Shown here: positions 34,776-47,500 of the stretch, piece after piece | How the letters are laid out: every line of letters begins with the position of its first letter | How positions within the stretch are numbered: the stretch's first letter is position 1 | Origin: Octopus sinensis | Lineage: Eukaryota | Length of the DNA: 64,000 nt | NCBI RefSeq assembly: GCF_006345805.1 | Contig: NC_043000.1 | Location: forward strand, 74,152,001-74,216,000 | Direction of reading: 5' to 3' | Program-made: the position numbers and the translations under genes | Notes under the pieces: model-generated | What the model was told of the DNA's origin: nothing | Seen by the model: the letters and a program-made list of their open reading frames with translations, nothing else | The model's database searches: none

Positions 34776-35677
34776 TATATATATATATATTTAAATAGGT
34801 GAATTAATTATCCCATGTTTATCGTGAGCATGGAAAATTCGTTTAACCGAAACCTGGGTAGCAAATTCACGTCAGAAACACGGTTGAAGCGACCTGTCCA
34901 AGGGTAGAAACTCCGGGTTCATTTTCAGAAATTTGTGTGTTGTATATGAATAAATGAAAGAATGGTGTCGAACGAAGATGTTAACAAAATTCCTTTACTC
35001 TCGACATGTTTCGAAGACAACATGTTTTCATTCCAAAGGAATAAAGGGTGCATTATGCAATCTCAGGAAAGAAAGGGAGTCTCTCTCGACAACAAGACAA
35101 ACAAAAATTTCGATGACTGCCTACATGGTAAGCAAAACGATAATGAGTGTTTTTTAAAAAATCTGTTCGAAGAATTGACGTCAAAGATAGATAGTAGGAA
35201 GAGAAGGGTTAAAGGAATAATAGGTAGGGAACAAATGGAGAGGGAAGGGTACGTTGATTGAAAGAATGTTCGAAGGCTTAGGAAAGAATTTCGTTATAGA
35301 AGTGGGGTGGACGTAAAGCTAATTGTTCAAACCACAGTGACTATCGTTATCATTTATATGAGTAGAAAGTATGTTTCTGCCAGTGTTTACATTTGTATGA
35401 TTTTTCTATGAGTGTGTTTACTAGGGGAACCTTAGAGAAGGGAATATGAAAGAGTTCAGAGTTGCAAATGTTACAAAATCTCCTGCCCTTATCAAAAGGA
35501 AAGGATACAGACAGTATGAACCAATCTAACTTGAAATTTATATTGTTGTCTTTAAGACTCCAAACTAATTTACTTAGCCCTGTACTATGTCGTTTTTTAC
35601 TATCCCGTGCAGAAATTTGTGTGTTATATATGAATAAATAAATGGAGTCGAACGAAGATGTTAACAAAATTCCTTTA

Positions 35678-35759
35678 CTCTCGACATATGTTTCGAAGAC
35701 AACATAGTTTCATTCCAAAGGAATAAAGGGTGCAAGATGCAAGCTTCTCATCAGGAAAG
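35678..35759 (-). ncRNA. Type I hammerhead ribozyme with branched stem II
   Basis: CTTTC-CTGATGA-GAAG-[insert with two hairpins]-CTTC-GAAA-CATATG-TC-GAGAG. Confidence 0.8.
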
Positions 35760-35809
35760 AAATTATCGTTTTGTTTACCATGTAGGCAGTCATCGCAATT
35801 TTTGTTTGT

Positions 35810-35891
35810 CTTTCCTGATGAGAAGATTGCATCTTGCACCCTTTATTCCTTTGGAATGAAACCATGTTGTCTTTGAAACATATGTCGAGAG
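35810..35891 (+). ncRNA. Type I hammerhead ribozyme, inverted twin of 35678-35759
   Basis: Same core; stem II GAAG/CTTT with a G-U pair; GUC cleavage after 35886. Confidence 0.75.
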
Positions 35892-35959
35892 TAAAGGAAT
35901 TTTGTTAACATCTTCGTTTGACTCCATTTATTTATTCATATATTTATATATATATATAA

Positions 35960-36325
35960 TTTGGCATTGTAAGCTACATCAATGCTAGAACGGGACGACA
36001 CTGCATAGTGCCAAAGATCTCAGCAATGCCATCACGCTTCATGACCAGCTTCTGCAACAGCCTGGGATTCAAGGGCCCACAGCTTTTTAATATTCTCCCA
36101 AAGAGTCTGAGGAACCTGCACAAAGTAGATGTAGTGGTTTTTAAATCAAAGCTGGACGTCTTCCTTCCCAGATGAACCTACCTCACGGCAAGAGGTGCAA
36201 ATGAGAGTAGCTATATCAAACTCCATTCTCCACCAAGTGCCACATATTAGAAGAGGTTCTTCGTAATAACAGTGTAGCACAAAACAACAGTGCATCAGCA
36301 TGGCTGCAGCTCTGAGCTGAAACAA
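35960..36325 (+). mobile_element. CR1-like LINE 3' fragment
   Basis: Matches 30530-30900. Confidence 0.85.
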
Positions 36326-36984
36326 GAAAAAAAAATATATATATTATATATATTATATTATATATATATATGTATTATATATATATTATATCATATATAT
36401 ATATATGTATTAATATATATTATATATATATGTATTATTATATATATATATGTATTATATATTATATATATATAGTATTATATATATATATGATTATATA
36501 TATATATGTATTATATATATATACGTATTATATATATAGTATTATATATATATATATGTATGTATTATATTTATATTATATATATATATTTCTTCTTTCC
36601 TGAAGTGTACTGGGGGGCATTGGAACCTCCATGGGGTTCTCTGCTATATATATATTATTTATAAATATATATTTATATATAAAAGTAAATAAATGGCACA
36701 ACGAAGCACCGATATTTACTGGAAAATAGCAAACGTAATAAATATGACGCTAATGTATAGCTTCACTGCGTGTGTACTAGTAAAGATTTGTGTGTGCAAC
36801 AAACATGAAAAAAACTGTCTTACCTCTAGGAAGAACATCTGAAAAATGAAAAATATATACATGTATATATATATATAATATATATATTGATAAAACGGTA
36901 AGATAACAAAAGAAAGAAAGACCTCGATATTATGTAAATAGAGGAAATTTATCTATACAATATGTTACATTACTCGGTAGTCAA

Positions 36985-37045
36985 GATAAAACTCTGAGTT
37001 TCAGATGCCGAAGTGGAAATCCACAACACCATCTCTTCGGTTATC
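36985..37045 (-). ncRNA. Variant hammerhead-like motif in a probable PLE 3' region
   Basis: GATAA-CCGAAGA-GATG-[loop]-CATC-t-GAAA-CTC-a-GAG-TT-TTATC. An upstream minus-strand remnant (EMLIWK...CLNKDR) resembles a GIY-YIG C-terminus. Confidence 0.5.
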
Positions 37046-37486
37046 TGGCTATTTGAAAATGTTATGAAAAAATACCGTTAAATAAAGGAAAATTACTCTG
37101 TTATAACTCTGCTTGCCTGCGTACTTATACATCGCTCGCATTTTTCGTCATAAAAATTATATAAAAATACATAAAAAATATATAAAAATATAAATTCTTC
37201 TTGGGAGTAACATAGAAAGCATGTTCTATCTGTTTTCTTTAGGGGACCAAAAACGTAACAGAAATTTAGTCACATGTGGCATGATCCGAAAAGCTCTGTC
37301 CTTGTTTAGACATGTAGTAGGGTCTAAGCTGCTTTTCCAGATAAGCATCTCTCCATGTCGCAGGCCGCACCTCGCTGCCGTTAGTATAGGGCTTACATCT
37401 GGCCAAAATCTTCCATTGTATGTTGTAATCGACACCTTTATATATATATATATATAATAAAAAAAATTTTTTTTATTATATATATA

Positions 37487-37932
37487 TCATCATCATCATC
37501 ATCATCATTTAGCGTCCGTTTTCCATGCTGCCATGGGTTGGACAGTTCAACTGGGGTCTGGGGAGCCCGAAGGCTGCACCAGACCAGTCAGATCTGGCAG
37601 TGTTTCTACAGCTGGATACCCTTCCTAACGCCAACCACTCCGAGAATGTAGTGGGTGATTTTATGTGCCACCGACACAGGTGCCAGACGAGGCTGGCGAA
37701 CGGCCACGCTCGGATGGTGTTTTTTATGTGCCACCAATACAGGTGCCAGACGAGGCTGGCAGACGGCCCGCTCGTGTGGTGTTTTTATTGCCACCGACAC
37801 AGGTGCGAGATGAGGCTGGCGAACGGCCACGATCGGATGTGTTTGGTGTTACGTGCCCACAGCACGGAGGCCAGTTGATGCGGTACTGGCTACGGCCACG
37901 TTTCGATGGTTTTTCTTGTGTGCCACCGGCAC
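37487..37932 (-). mobile_element. RTE 3' UTR with minisatellite, running into the assembly gap
   Basis: (CAT)n, RTE 3' motif and ~58-60 bp tandem units. Confidence 0.8.
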
Positions 37933-38032
37933 NNNNNNNNNNNNNNNNNNNNNNNNNNNNNNNNNNNNNNNNNNNNNNNNNNNNNNNNNNNNNNNNNNNN
38001 NNNNNNNNNNNNNNNNNNNNNNNNNNNNNNNN
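37933..38032. other. Assembly gap (100 N)
   Basis: Run of N. Confidence 1.
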
Positions 38033-38311
38033 TGTCTAGGTATATGCAGCTGATCAGGACAAATTAAATCTACGTTGTCAAACGTATTTGAAGAGTCTGA
38101 AACCGTTCCTGCATTATCCGTTTCTAGGTTTTTCATTTTTCAGATGTTCTTCTTAGAGGTAAGACAAATCTTTTTCATGTTTGTTGCACACACATGTCTT
38201 TGCTAGTATATACGCAGTGAGGCTATACAATAGCGTCGTATTTATTACAATCGCTATTTTCCAGTAAATATCGGTACTTCGTTCTACCATTTATTTACTT
38301 ATATATATATG

Positions 38312-38352
<41 letters not shown>

Positions 38353-38369
38353 TTTTGGGTTTTTTTCTA

Positions 38370-41300
38370 GTTTCAGCTCAGAGCTGCGGCCATGCTGATA
38401 CACCGCCGTTTTGTGCTACACTGTTATTACGAAGAACCTCCTCTAATATGTGGCACTTGGTGAAGAATGGAGTTTGATATACCTACTCTTATTTGCACTT
38501 CTTGCCGTGAGGTAGGTTCATCTGGGACTCTCGACAGGTCCAGCTTTGATTTAAAAACTGCTACATCTACTTTGTGCAAGTTCCTCAAACTCTTTGGAAG
38601 AATATTAAAAAGCTGTGGGCCTTTGAGACCCAGGATGTTGCAGAAGCTGGTCCTGAAGCATGATGGCATTGCTGGGGTCTTTGGCACTATGCAGTGTCGT
38701 CCCGTTCTAGCATTTGTGTAGCTTACAATGCCAAAATTTGGCACAATTCCATCCAGGATCTTCCAGACATATATTATTGCATACCTCTCTCTTCTTCTCT
38801 CCAGGGAGTAGAGTCTTAGCTGTTTCAATCTTTCCCAGTTGCTGAGCTGTTGCAAAGAGACGATCTTCTCTGGATTGCTTCAAGGTCCGCTGTTAATTTT
38901 ACACTGGTGGGTGACCATAGCTGTGAGCAGTAATCCAGGCAGCTGAGGACGAATGTCTGCCAGAGGACCATCATGGTTTCCTTATCTCTGGTTCTGAATG
39001 TTCTTAGGTTCCATCCAGCCAGTCGTCTGCACTTTGTCGCCATCCTGGTAATGTGCACTTGTAAAGAGGTTTCATCACTCATGTCGATACCCAGGTCCCT
39101 CACAGACTTAGGCTCTGGGATTGAAATTCCCTGTGGACCGGTGTATCCTGTAAGTATAATATTCAGTTTTGGATGCTGGTAGCGAAGGGCCTGGAATATT
39201 TCAGCATTAAACTGCATTTTATTATCCTCAGCCCATCTGTAGATTGAGTCCAACTCCTACTGCAGGTGTGCAACATCGCTGGGGTTCTGTATTTTCTGCG
39301 AGACTTTCATATCGTCTGGATAGCTTGCCAGAGTGGCTATCCGGGCATTTGAGGGCATATCTGTGAGGGCCACTATAAAAAGCAGTGGTCCCAAGACAGT
39401 ACCCTGTGGAACACCGTTCACTATTTGTGTGTTCATAGAGGTGGCTCCATTAACCACTACTGCCTGACTCCTATCTTTCAGGAAGTCATGTAACCACACT
39501 CCAAGTTTTCCAGCTATGCCGAGGTCACGCAGTTTGTGGCATATCATACCATGATCCACCTTGTCAAAACCCTTTGCAAAATCAAGGTAGATTACGTCCA
39601 CATTTGATTTGTAGAGTAACTGCCTCAACACCCAGTCATAATGTTGTAAGAGCTGGGTCAGGCAGCTCCTACCTGGTCGAAAACCATGCTGGGTATCACT
39701 CAGCAAGTTATTTTCCTCAAGGAATGCAATTAGTTTCTTTCTGACTATCCGTTCCATGACTTTGCTGATGTGTGTAGTCAGAGAGATAGGCCTATAGTGT
39801 TTGGCATCTGCTCTACTTCCCCCTTTATGTATTGGGCATATTATTCCCTCCTTCAGCTTGCTTGGCAGTTTGCCATTCGCAAGAAATCTCTGGAAGAGAA
39901 TCTTGAGGGTTTTTGCCAGGGCATGCTTACACGCTTTGAGGAGGATTGCTGGGAAAACATCTGGACCAGCAGTTGAGTTTGTGTCCACTTCATCTATGGT
40001 GAGTAGGACAACTTCGCTAATGTCAATACGTTCTATTGTAACTGCCTCGCTGGTTATAGGTGAAGCGGCAAAGAAGTCCACTGGTTCGTTCACTTGTCTG
40101 TGTTCCAACGGGGTGGTAAAGACACTTTTGAACTGGTCATTCAGCATCTTACTGATCCTAGTTGGAATGTCTGTGAGGGAGCCATCCTGTTGGAGGAGGG
40201 GTCCTATCTTGTAGTGCACTGAGACTGTTTCTTTCGCGTAATGAAAGAAGGCCTTTGGGTTTGATTTAATGTTTTTTATAACCCAGGCTTCTTTGTCTGC
40301 TTTCTCTCTCGTATAGGATTGTTGCAGCCTTTTTTCGATCTCCATCAGTGTTGTTTTTAGGCGGGACGTTTTGCTACTTTTGGGATGTTGGTTGAGACGA
40401 TTTGCAACCTTCGTCCGTCGTCTCATGAGGATCTTCCTGTCTCTTGGAAACTTGCTCCTATTTGTTTTGGCTTTGTGCTCTGGGACATATTTCTGGCATA
40501 CAGCTTGCACAGAAGACATGAAACATTCAAGTTTCATGTCAATGTCTGGTGTGGAGAGACATTCTGGCCAGTCCTCTCTGAGGATCTCCTTTTGGATCGA
40601 TTTCCAATCTGCTTTGTGGAAGTTCAGATTGGAGATATTTCAGGTGCTTCCTTTTGGCTGTATGCCTCTGGTTACTTTTGGCCCAAACATAGACAGATCT
40701 ATTATGTTGTGATCCGAAACTAATGTCAGTGTCACTTTCACATCATGAATGAGTCCATATTGTTCGAGAAGCAGAGATCCAGAATGTTATTCGCCCTAGT
40801 TGGTTTGAGTACAACTTGCTCCATGAATAAGGCATTGGTGAGGTTGAGCAGGGACTCCACCTGTACTTGCTTGCAATGATTCATTCCTGAGAGTATGAGA
40901 CCTTCGGGCCATTTGACATTGGGGAAGTTGAAATCACCCATAAGAAATATGGTCACGTGGTGTTCCAGAGTCATGAGGATTTCTTTAATTCTTGTGAGGC
41001 AATCTTCAAACTTGCCTATGTGATTTGGGGCATCCGGTGGGCAATATGTATTGCATATGACTATATTATGTTGTCTTATGTATACAATTAAAGTGTCATA
41101 TACCGAATTTGAGTATGTCATTAAGACCTGGGGTGTGAGGTCATCTCGGATGTATACAGCAACTCCACCATGGCTCCTTTCCCTTCTGTCTGTTCCCAGT
41201 ATGGCATAGTTTGATATGTGTACTTCTGCGTCCTCTATATCAGGCCTGAGGTGAGTTTCCACGAGTGCTATGCATAGCGCTTGATTGCATGCAGTAAGAT

Positions 41301-42160
41301 CTCTCAGGAAAGAAATTTTGTTTCTATTTTGATGCAACAGGCCCCCAATATTTAGTAAAAGTACTGGGGTGACGGCTGTGCAGGCGTTAGGGGAGGCCAT
41401 CCTGTGTCTGTTGACTGTGGTGGTCTTGCATAGTGGTGGGCAGGGTTCCTTCTCTCTGCTTGGTGTAGCCAGGTTAGCTGCCGGACTATTCTTTGTGCCA
41501 TGCATAAAAAAGACTTTCTCAGCTGCTGCGTTGTGCAGAACATCTGAGGAGCGCACTTCTTTTTGCCTTTTCTTCCCTTTCCCTCCTTATTTTTGTTTTC
41601 GGTCCTCCCTTTTTACTTCTGTTTTTCTAATATCTCATTTCTTTGTAGGACCACTGGTACAGGGGGGCTTCCGGTTACTGCTCCCTTGGCTCCCCTATCC
41701 TTCACTACCTGGTCGTTCACCAGGGTAGGTGATCCATTTTTCCTGCAGAACCCCTGGATCACAGAGACTTCTGGCTTCCTTCTCTTTTTCGTCCTCTTCA
41801 TCCTCATCAGCCTTGCCACAATAACTTTCAATTATGTTATCCGATGTTTTGATGTGTGGTCTTATAAGCATGTAAGACCCGATAAATTCACCTTTTTTTG
41901 TTCTATTTGGTCAATGGTTCTATGAAATCCATTGTTCTTTAGCGCGGTAGTGATGTTGTTGTTTGGCGGATCGCCACTAGCAATCGTCCATGCTCTTAGC
42001 AGAAGATTTAATTCATTCTTTTCCCACTTTGGTGCCATCTTCGTTTTGAAGTATAGAGGGGGAGTAGAGGCTAGAGAGGTAATGAGGGATTGAGGGAGGT
42101 AGAGACGGAGAAACACAGAGGGGGGGAAATAGGGAAAGAGATAGGGAGATAGGAAGGAAA
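38370..42160 (-). mobile_element. Near full-length CR1/L2-group LINE (same family as 27076-30912), CCCH region deleted
   Basis: ORF1 ATG at 42038, endonuclease 40738-41556, RT 39257-40537, hairpin tail at 38370. 5' boundary approximate. Confidence 0.92.
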
Positions 42161-43355
42161 GAGAGAGGTGCTATGAAAGAAATCGAGAGGGTGATAGGAG
42201 GAAAGCAAGGGGTTGTGGTGTGTTAAAGAGATAGAGGAAGGTAGGGGAGGGGGAGAGGAGGGGAATCGAAGGGGAGACAGAGTGAATGAGAGGAGGGGAA
42301 GAGAGGGAGGGAGAGGATAGCAAGAGAAAGAGACAGAGTGAAGGAGAGACAGGATGAAGGATCTGAGAGAGAGGGAGAGACGGAGTGAGAATAATGGGCG
42401 AATGAGATGTATATGAGAGGAGAGGTAGATGTGAGATGGAGAGGAAAGAGGAATGAGAGAAGAGGAGGATATGAAAGAGGGAGAGAGATGAGAAAAAGAG
42501 TAAGATATGCAAGAGAGAGGGAAAGGGTAAGCGTAAAGAGAGATAAAGGAAGGGAGCTGGAAGTGGGGGAATATATGTAAGGGAGGAGAGAGGAGATAGA
42601 GAGTGAGGAAATGAAAGAATTATTTAATTCTTTCTAACTCAGTCGTTAGCTTAAATTACAGGAAAATAAACAAATGAAAGGGATTTTTAAAATTAGTTTT
42701 ATAGGGATAAAATGAAATTACGATAAAATTATGATTGTATTTCTAGCTCAGTCGTAGCTCAAATTAACTTACATTACAGGAAAATAAGCATATGAAAAGA
42801 ATTTTTAAATATTAGTTTTATAGAGATGAAATGAAAGCGAAACAGAAGTTGAAAGAAAGTTATTCTCAGAGTGTAAACAAAGATGACATCTTAAATCGTA
42901 ACTGAGATGTTAGCTTATATTAAAAGAAAACAAAAGATTAATAAACAAACAACTGGAAGGGATACTTATCGTAAAAGGTACAGTCCAAACCCTCGTGCTT
43001 GTACGAAGAAGTTTTCTTTCAAAACAGAAAAGAGAACAATTCTTTTTCCTTCTTACATTTGGCTAGAGATAAATTAAAGACTTGCCACCACGTGCTTTTT
43101 CGGCGAAGAATCTAGCATGCGTAACTAACTTTAATATATTGTATTTGGCTTCAAGTGAAATATATTACGTTTTTAATTAATATATTTTTAATTAATGTAT
43201 TTTAGTAGATCGTTATTAATTAACAATTTCTACGTTTTGTTAGTTTTAGTAGATTATTTCATCGATTTATGCAAACCTTTTTGTTTTTTCACAGAGCAAG
43301 AGCAAACGCGTTTTTCCTCTATGCAAACTGGAATATATATATATATTTTTTGCTC

Positions 43356-44358
43356 ATTTCAGCTCAGAGCTGCGGCCATGCTGATGCACCGCCGTTTTGT
43401 GCTACACTGTTATTACGAAGAACCTCCTCTATGTGGCACTTGGTGAAGAATGGAGTTTGACATAGCTACTCTCATTTGCACCTCTTGCCGTGAGGTAGTT
43501 TCATCTGGGACCCTCGACAGGAAGGTGTCCAGCTTTGATTTAAAAAGTGCTACATCTACTTTATGCAAGTTCCTCAGAGTCTTTGGGAGAATATTAAAAA
43601 GCTGTGGGCCCTTGAAACCCAGGCTGTTGCAGAAGCTGGTCCTAATGCGTGATGGCATTGCTGGGATCTTTGGCACTATGCAGTGTCGTCCCGTTCTAGC
43701 ATTGGTGTAGCTTACAATGCCAAAATTTGGCACAATTTCTTCCAGGATCTTCCAGACATATATTATTGCATACCTCTCCCGTCTTCTCTCTAAAGAGTTG
43801 AGTCTTAGCTGTTTCAACCTTTCCCAGTAGCTGAGCTGTTGCAAAGAGACGATCTTCTTTGTGAATCTTCTCTGGATTGCTTCAAGGTCCGCTGTTAATT
43901 TTACACTGGTGGGTGACCATAGCTGTGAGCAGTAATCCAGGCAGCTGAGGACAAATGTCCGCCAGAGGACCATCATGGTTTCCTTATCTCTGGTTCTGAA
44001 TGTTCTTAGGATCCATCCAGCCAGTCGTCTGCACTTTGTCGCCATCCTGGTAATGTGCACTTGTAAAGATGTATCATCACTCATGTCAATACCCAGGTCC
44101 CTCACAGACTTAGACTCTGGGATTGAAATTCCCTGTGGATCAGTGTATCCTGTAAGTTTAATATTCAGTTTTGGATGCTGGTAGCGCATCCTGTCGAGAG
44201 TCCCAGATGAACCTACTTCACGGCAAGAGGTGCAAATGAGAGTAGCTATATCAAACTCCATTCTTCACCAAGTGCCACATAATAGAGGGGGTTCTTCGTA
44301 ATAACAATGTTGCACAAAACGGCGAAGCATCAGCATGGCCGCAGCTCTGAGCTGAAAC
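43356..44358. mobile_element. Two CR1-like 3' fragments fused head-to-head (- 43356-44188, + 44189-44358)
   Basis: Hairpin tails at both outer ends; sharp junction gtagcgca|tcctgtcgag. Confidence 0.8.
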
Positions 44359-44378
44359 AAACAAACAAAAAATATATA

Positions 44379-44500
44379 CACATGGTTCTGGGTTTAGTCC
44401 AATGTGTGGCACCTTGAGCAAGTGTCTTCTACTATAGCCTCGGGCCGACCAAAGCCTTGTGACTGGATTTGGTAGACGGAAACTGAAAGAAGCCCGTCGT
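44379..44500 (+). mobile_element. 5' part of SINE split by the Naiad insertion
   Basis: Matches ~21075-21197 and ends at the internal (TA)n. Confidence 0.8.
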
Positions 44501-44520
44501 ATATATGTATATATATATGA

Positions 44521-47500
44521 TTAGATGGAGGATTTTCCACCATGAGAACTATAACAAAAAAATAAACCAACAACACACTGGGGAAACTATCCGTAATGGA
44601 ACTGGGAGTACCTACGAAGAAATAATAAAATTAACAGGCACTACATTTAAATCTAGGAAGTCTCCTCCACCAAATACACATCTAGATAACTTTGAACAAG
44701 AACTATGGGAGACTATAAAAAACATAAAATTTAGAAATCATCCATTGAGGTACAACCAGCACCGAAGGGAATTAAAAGAATTAATAAGAACTCTCAAGAG
44801 TAAGAACGGCATTCTAACACATTCTGACAAAACCAGCAACATCTATAACATTGACATTCCTACATATCATGATCTACTACACAAAGAAATCACTAAGAAA
44901 TACAAAATTGTACATTTTAGCATGCTTAGAAAACTGAACCTTGAAATCTGAGAAATAATGTTGGACTACTACCTAGAAGAAAAAACGGAACCGTACACCC
45001 CAACCAGACTGAGAATTACACTAAAGGACCATAAAGAGAACTTTCTTGGAAATACACAGGTCAGATTGATTTGCCCTACCAAGTCTGACTTAGGCAGACT
45101 GAGCAAACTCATTCTCGATAAATATCTACCTACTATTCGCAGTAAAATTAAACTTAGCCTTTGGAAGAATACTCAAGGTGCTTTGGATTGGTTTTCTGCC
45201 ATGAAGGTCTGTGACAACAGCAATAATAGAAGTAAATTCATCCAATTTGATATACAAAACTATTACACTTCCATTAACCCTATTATATTAAATAAGGCTT
45301 TAATTTTTGCTAGAAAATACACTAAATTAAGTATGGGTGAGATTAAGGTTATCTTAACAGCTAGGAAAACTTTAATAGAGTTTGACAATAAACTTTGGGC
45401 TAGAAAGGACACACCCAATTTGTTCGACATCACCATGGGATCGCTGGACTCAGCGGAAGTGACTGATCTAGTAGGAATGTATCTATTGGACAACATTAGT
45501 AGGGAATTCCCTGAATTAAAAGGAGGATTATATAGGGATGATGCTTTATTTTGTGTAAGGAATACATCTAATAGGAGATTAGATCTTCTGAAAAAAAGAA
45601 TAAATAAATTTTTAAAAAGTTTCGGCCTATCCATTATCATTGGGAGTGAAAACTATTCTGCTAATTATTTGGATGTCAATTGTAACATTACTAATGGGAT
45701 GCATGAACCTTATATTAAACCCAATTCTAACCTAATATATATAAACCGTTCTAGCAATCACCCCCCTCAAATTAAAAGTGCACTAGTGCGTAGCATTAGT
45801 CAGAGAATTTCTTGTTTATCCTCAAATGAGGACATTTTCAATAAGCATTGTGATAGATACAATGTAGCATTGCTAAAAGCAGGCTACAAAAGTAAAATAT
45901 GGTATATACCTAAGGGGAATCCTCCAAATGGAGGGGGAACTATTAGGAACAACGCCAATAGATTTAGGACAAATAATAATAACTATAAGAAAAGGAAAAA
46001 TAGAATATATGAAAACGCCTATAATAATTATAGGGGTGGTGTTAACCTCGGATTGGTGGACGGTAGCTTAAATAGATCTGCTCAAACAGGTAATGGTAGT
46101 AATATTAATAATATACATATCAAAACTTATAGTAGATATGATAATAGTAAAGTTTACTTGCGTAATAATTATGGGAATATTGATATAGATAGACATAACA
46201 ATAACAATGGTAAGGATAGTAAACATATGGGTTGGTCTAGGAATAAGGTTTTTACTAAAAAAACAATAATTTGATAGGCAACCCTAATACTGATATGGAT
46301 ACACTGTGGCTTATTATCCCATATGCAATGCAGATAAAAACAGACATAGTTAGAGCATTGCATAATGTAATATTTAGACACTTTGGTAAGGATAGGAATA
46401 AATTTAGTCATTTAATTAACAATGGTACTATTAGAATAGGATATAGCATTACTCATAATCTAGCCACCATCATCTCCTCTTTTAATAACAGGAAACTTGA
46501 TTACTTCTATAAAGATAGAAAGTCAAATTTAGATAATAGAAATTTACCTCTCTTTAATAATAGGAGCAATAATTCTTTTGGGGCTAACGGGAATAACCCT
46601 CTTATAAATTATGTGAGTACCGTACCTGCTAGGGAAAATATCAATGTAATGGATGATACTACTACTACCAATACTAGTACTATTGGTAGGAATATCACCA
46701 ATAATGTTAAATTAACTCGTTCGTTGAATTTGGGTTTGGATGGCAATAATAATTGTAACACTACAAATGTGAATGGTGTTACAGGATTGGGGACCAATCT
46801 TAGATTACCCCAATCTGTTAATAACTGTAATTTCAGAAACAGAAATAAATGTGTGTTTGGTAATCAATGCCTCAGGAAAGAGGTAGTTTACCAATGCACT
46901 TTGGATACACAATTTAGTAGTAGGGTGTATATTGGAGCAACTATGAATAGCATGAAACAGACTTAATTATCACAGATATACTTTTAGAAATAAAAATAGG
47001 ATGTACTCTACAGGGTTAAGTGCATACATTTGGGAACTCAAAAGTAAGAACTTAGATTTTAGATTAAATTGGAAAATACTAACTTCGGCACCTGTGTATA
47101 ATGGAAAAAAATAAAAAATGCTCTCTATGTATTAATGAATTTTTTTTCATTATCAAAGCGGGTAGGCATATTATTAACAACATAAATGAAAAAAATTTTT
47201 TTGCATTCATAGACTACCGTACACTTTTTCTAGATTCAAATAGAACTTAGCATTTCTACTAGTAATATTTTAACTCCCTTCTGTATCTAACTATACTAGT
47301 GGTCTTCTACAATTCTAAAACATGCAACTTATCAACTTATAAATTTATAATTTTTTATATAATTTTGTAGCTACACATGTATAAAAATATATATGTCCAG
47401 TATTAATTGCTTTTTGTATATGGGTTTTTTTGTCTTGTTTTTTTTAAGGGTAATACACTATGGCATGAAATAATATATTCATTTTGGTATTTGCTTTGTA

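Larger units (their letters stand above)
34790..35940 (-). mobile_element. Naiad-type PLE 3' fragment (GIY-YIG C-terminus) with direct and inverted pLTRs
   Basis: STGLSKLVWSLKDNNINFKLDWFIL...CNICNSE...CKH; direct repeats ~34927-35145 and ~35609-35810; inverted copy 35810-35939. Confidence 0.8.

Noticed and set aside
37665-38136. ORFs spanning the N run
   Set aside because: Artefacts of translating through the assembly gap.
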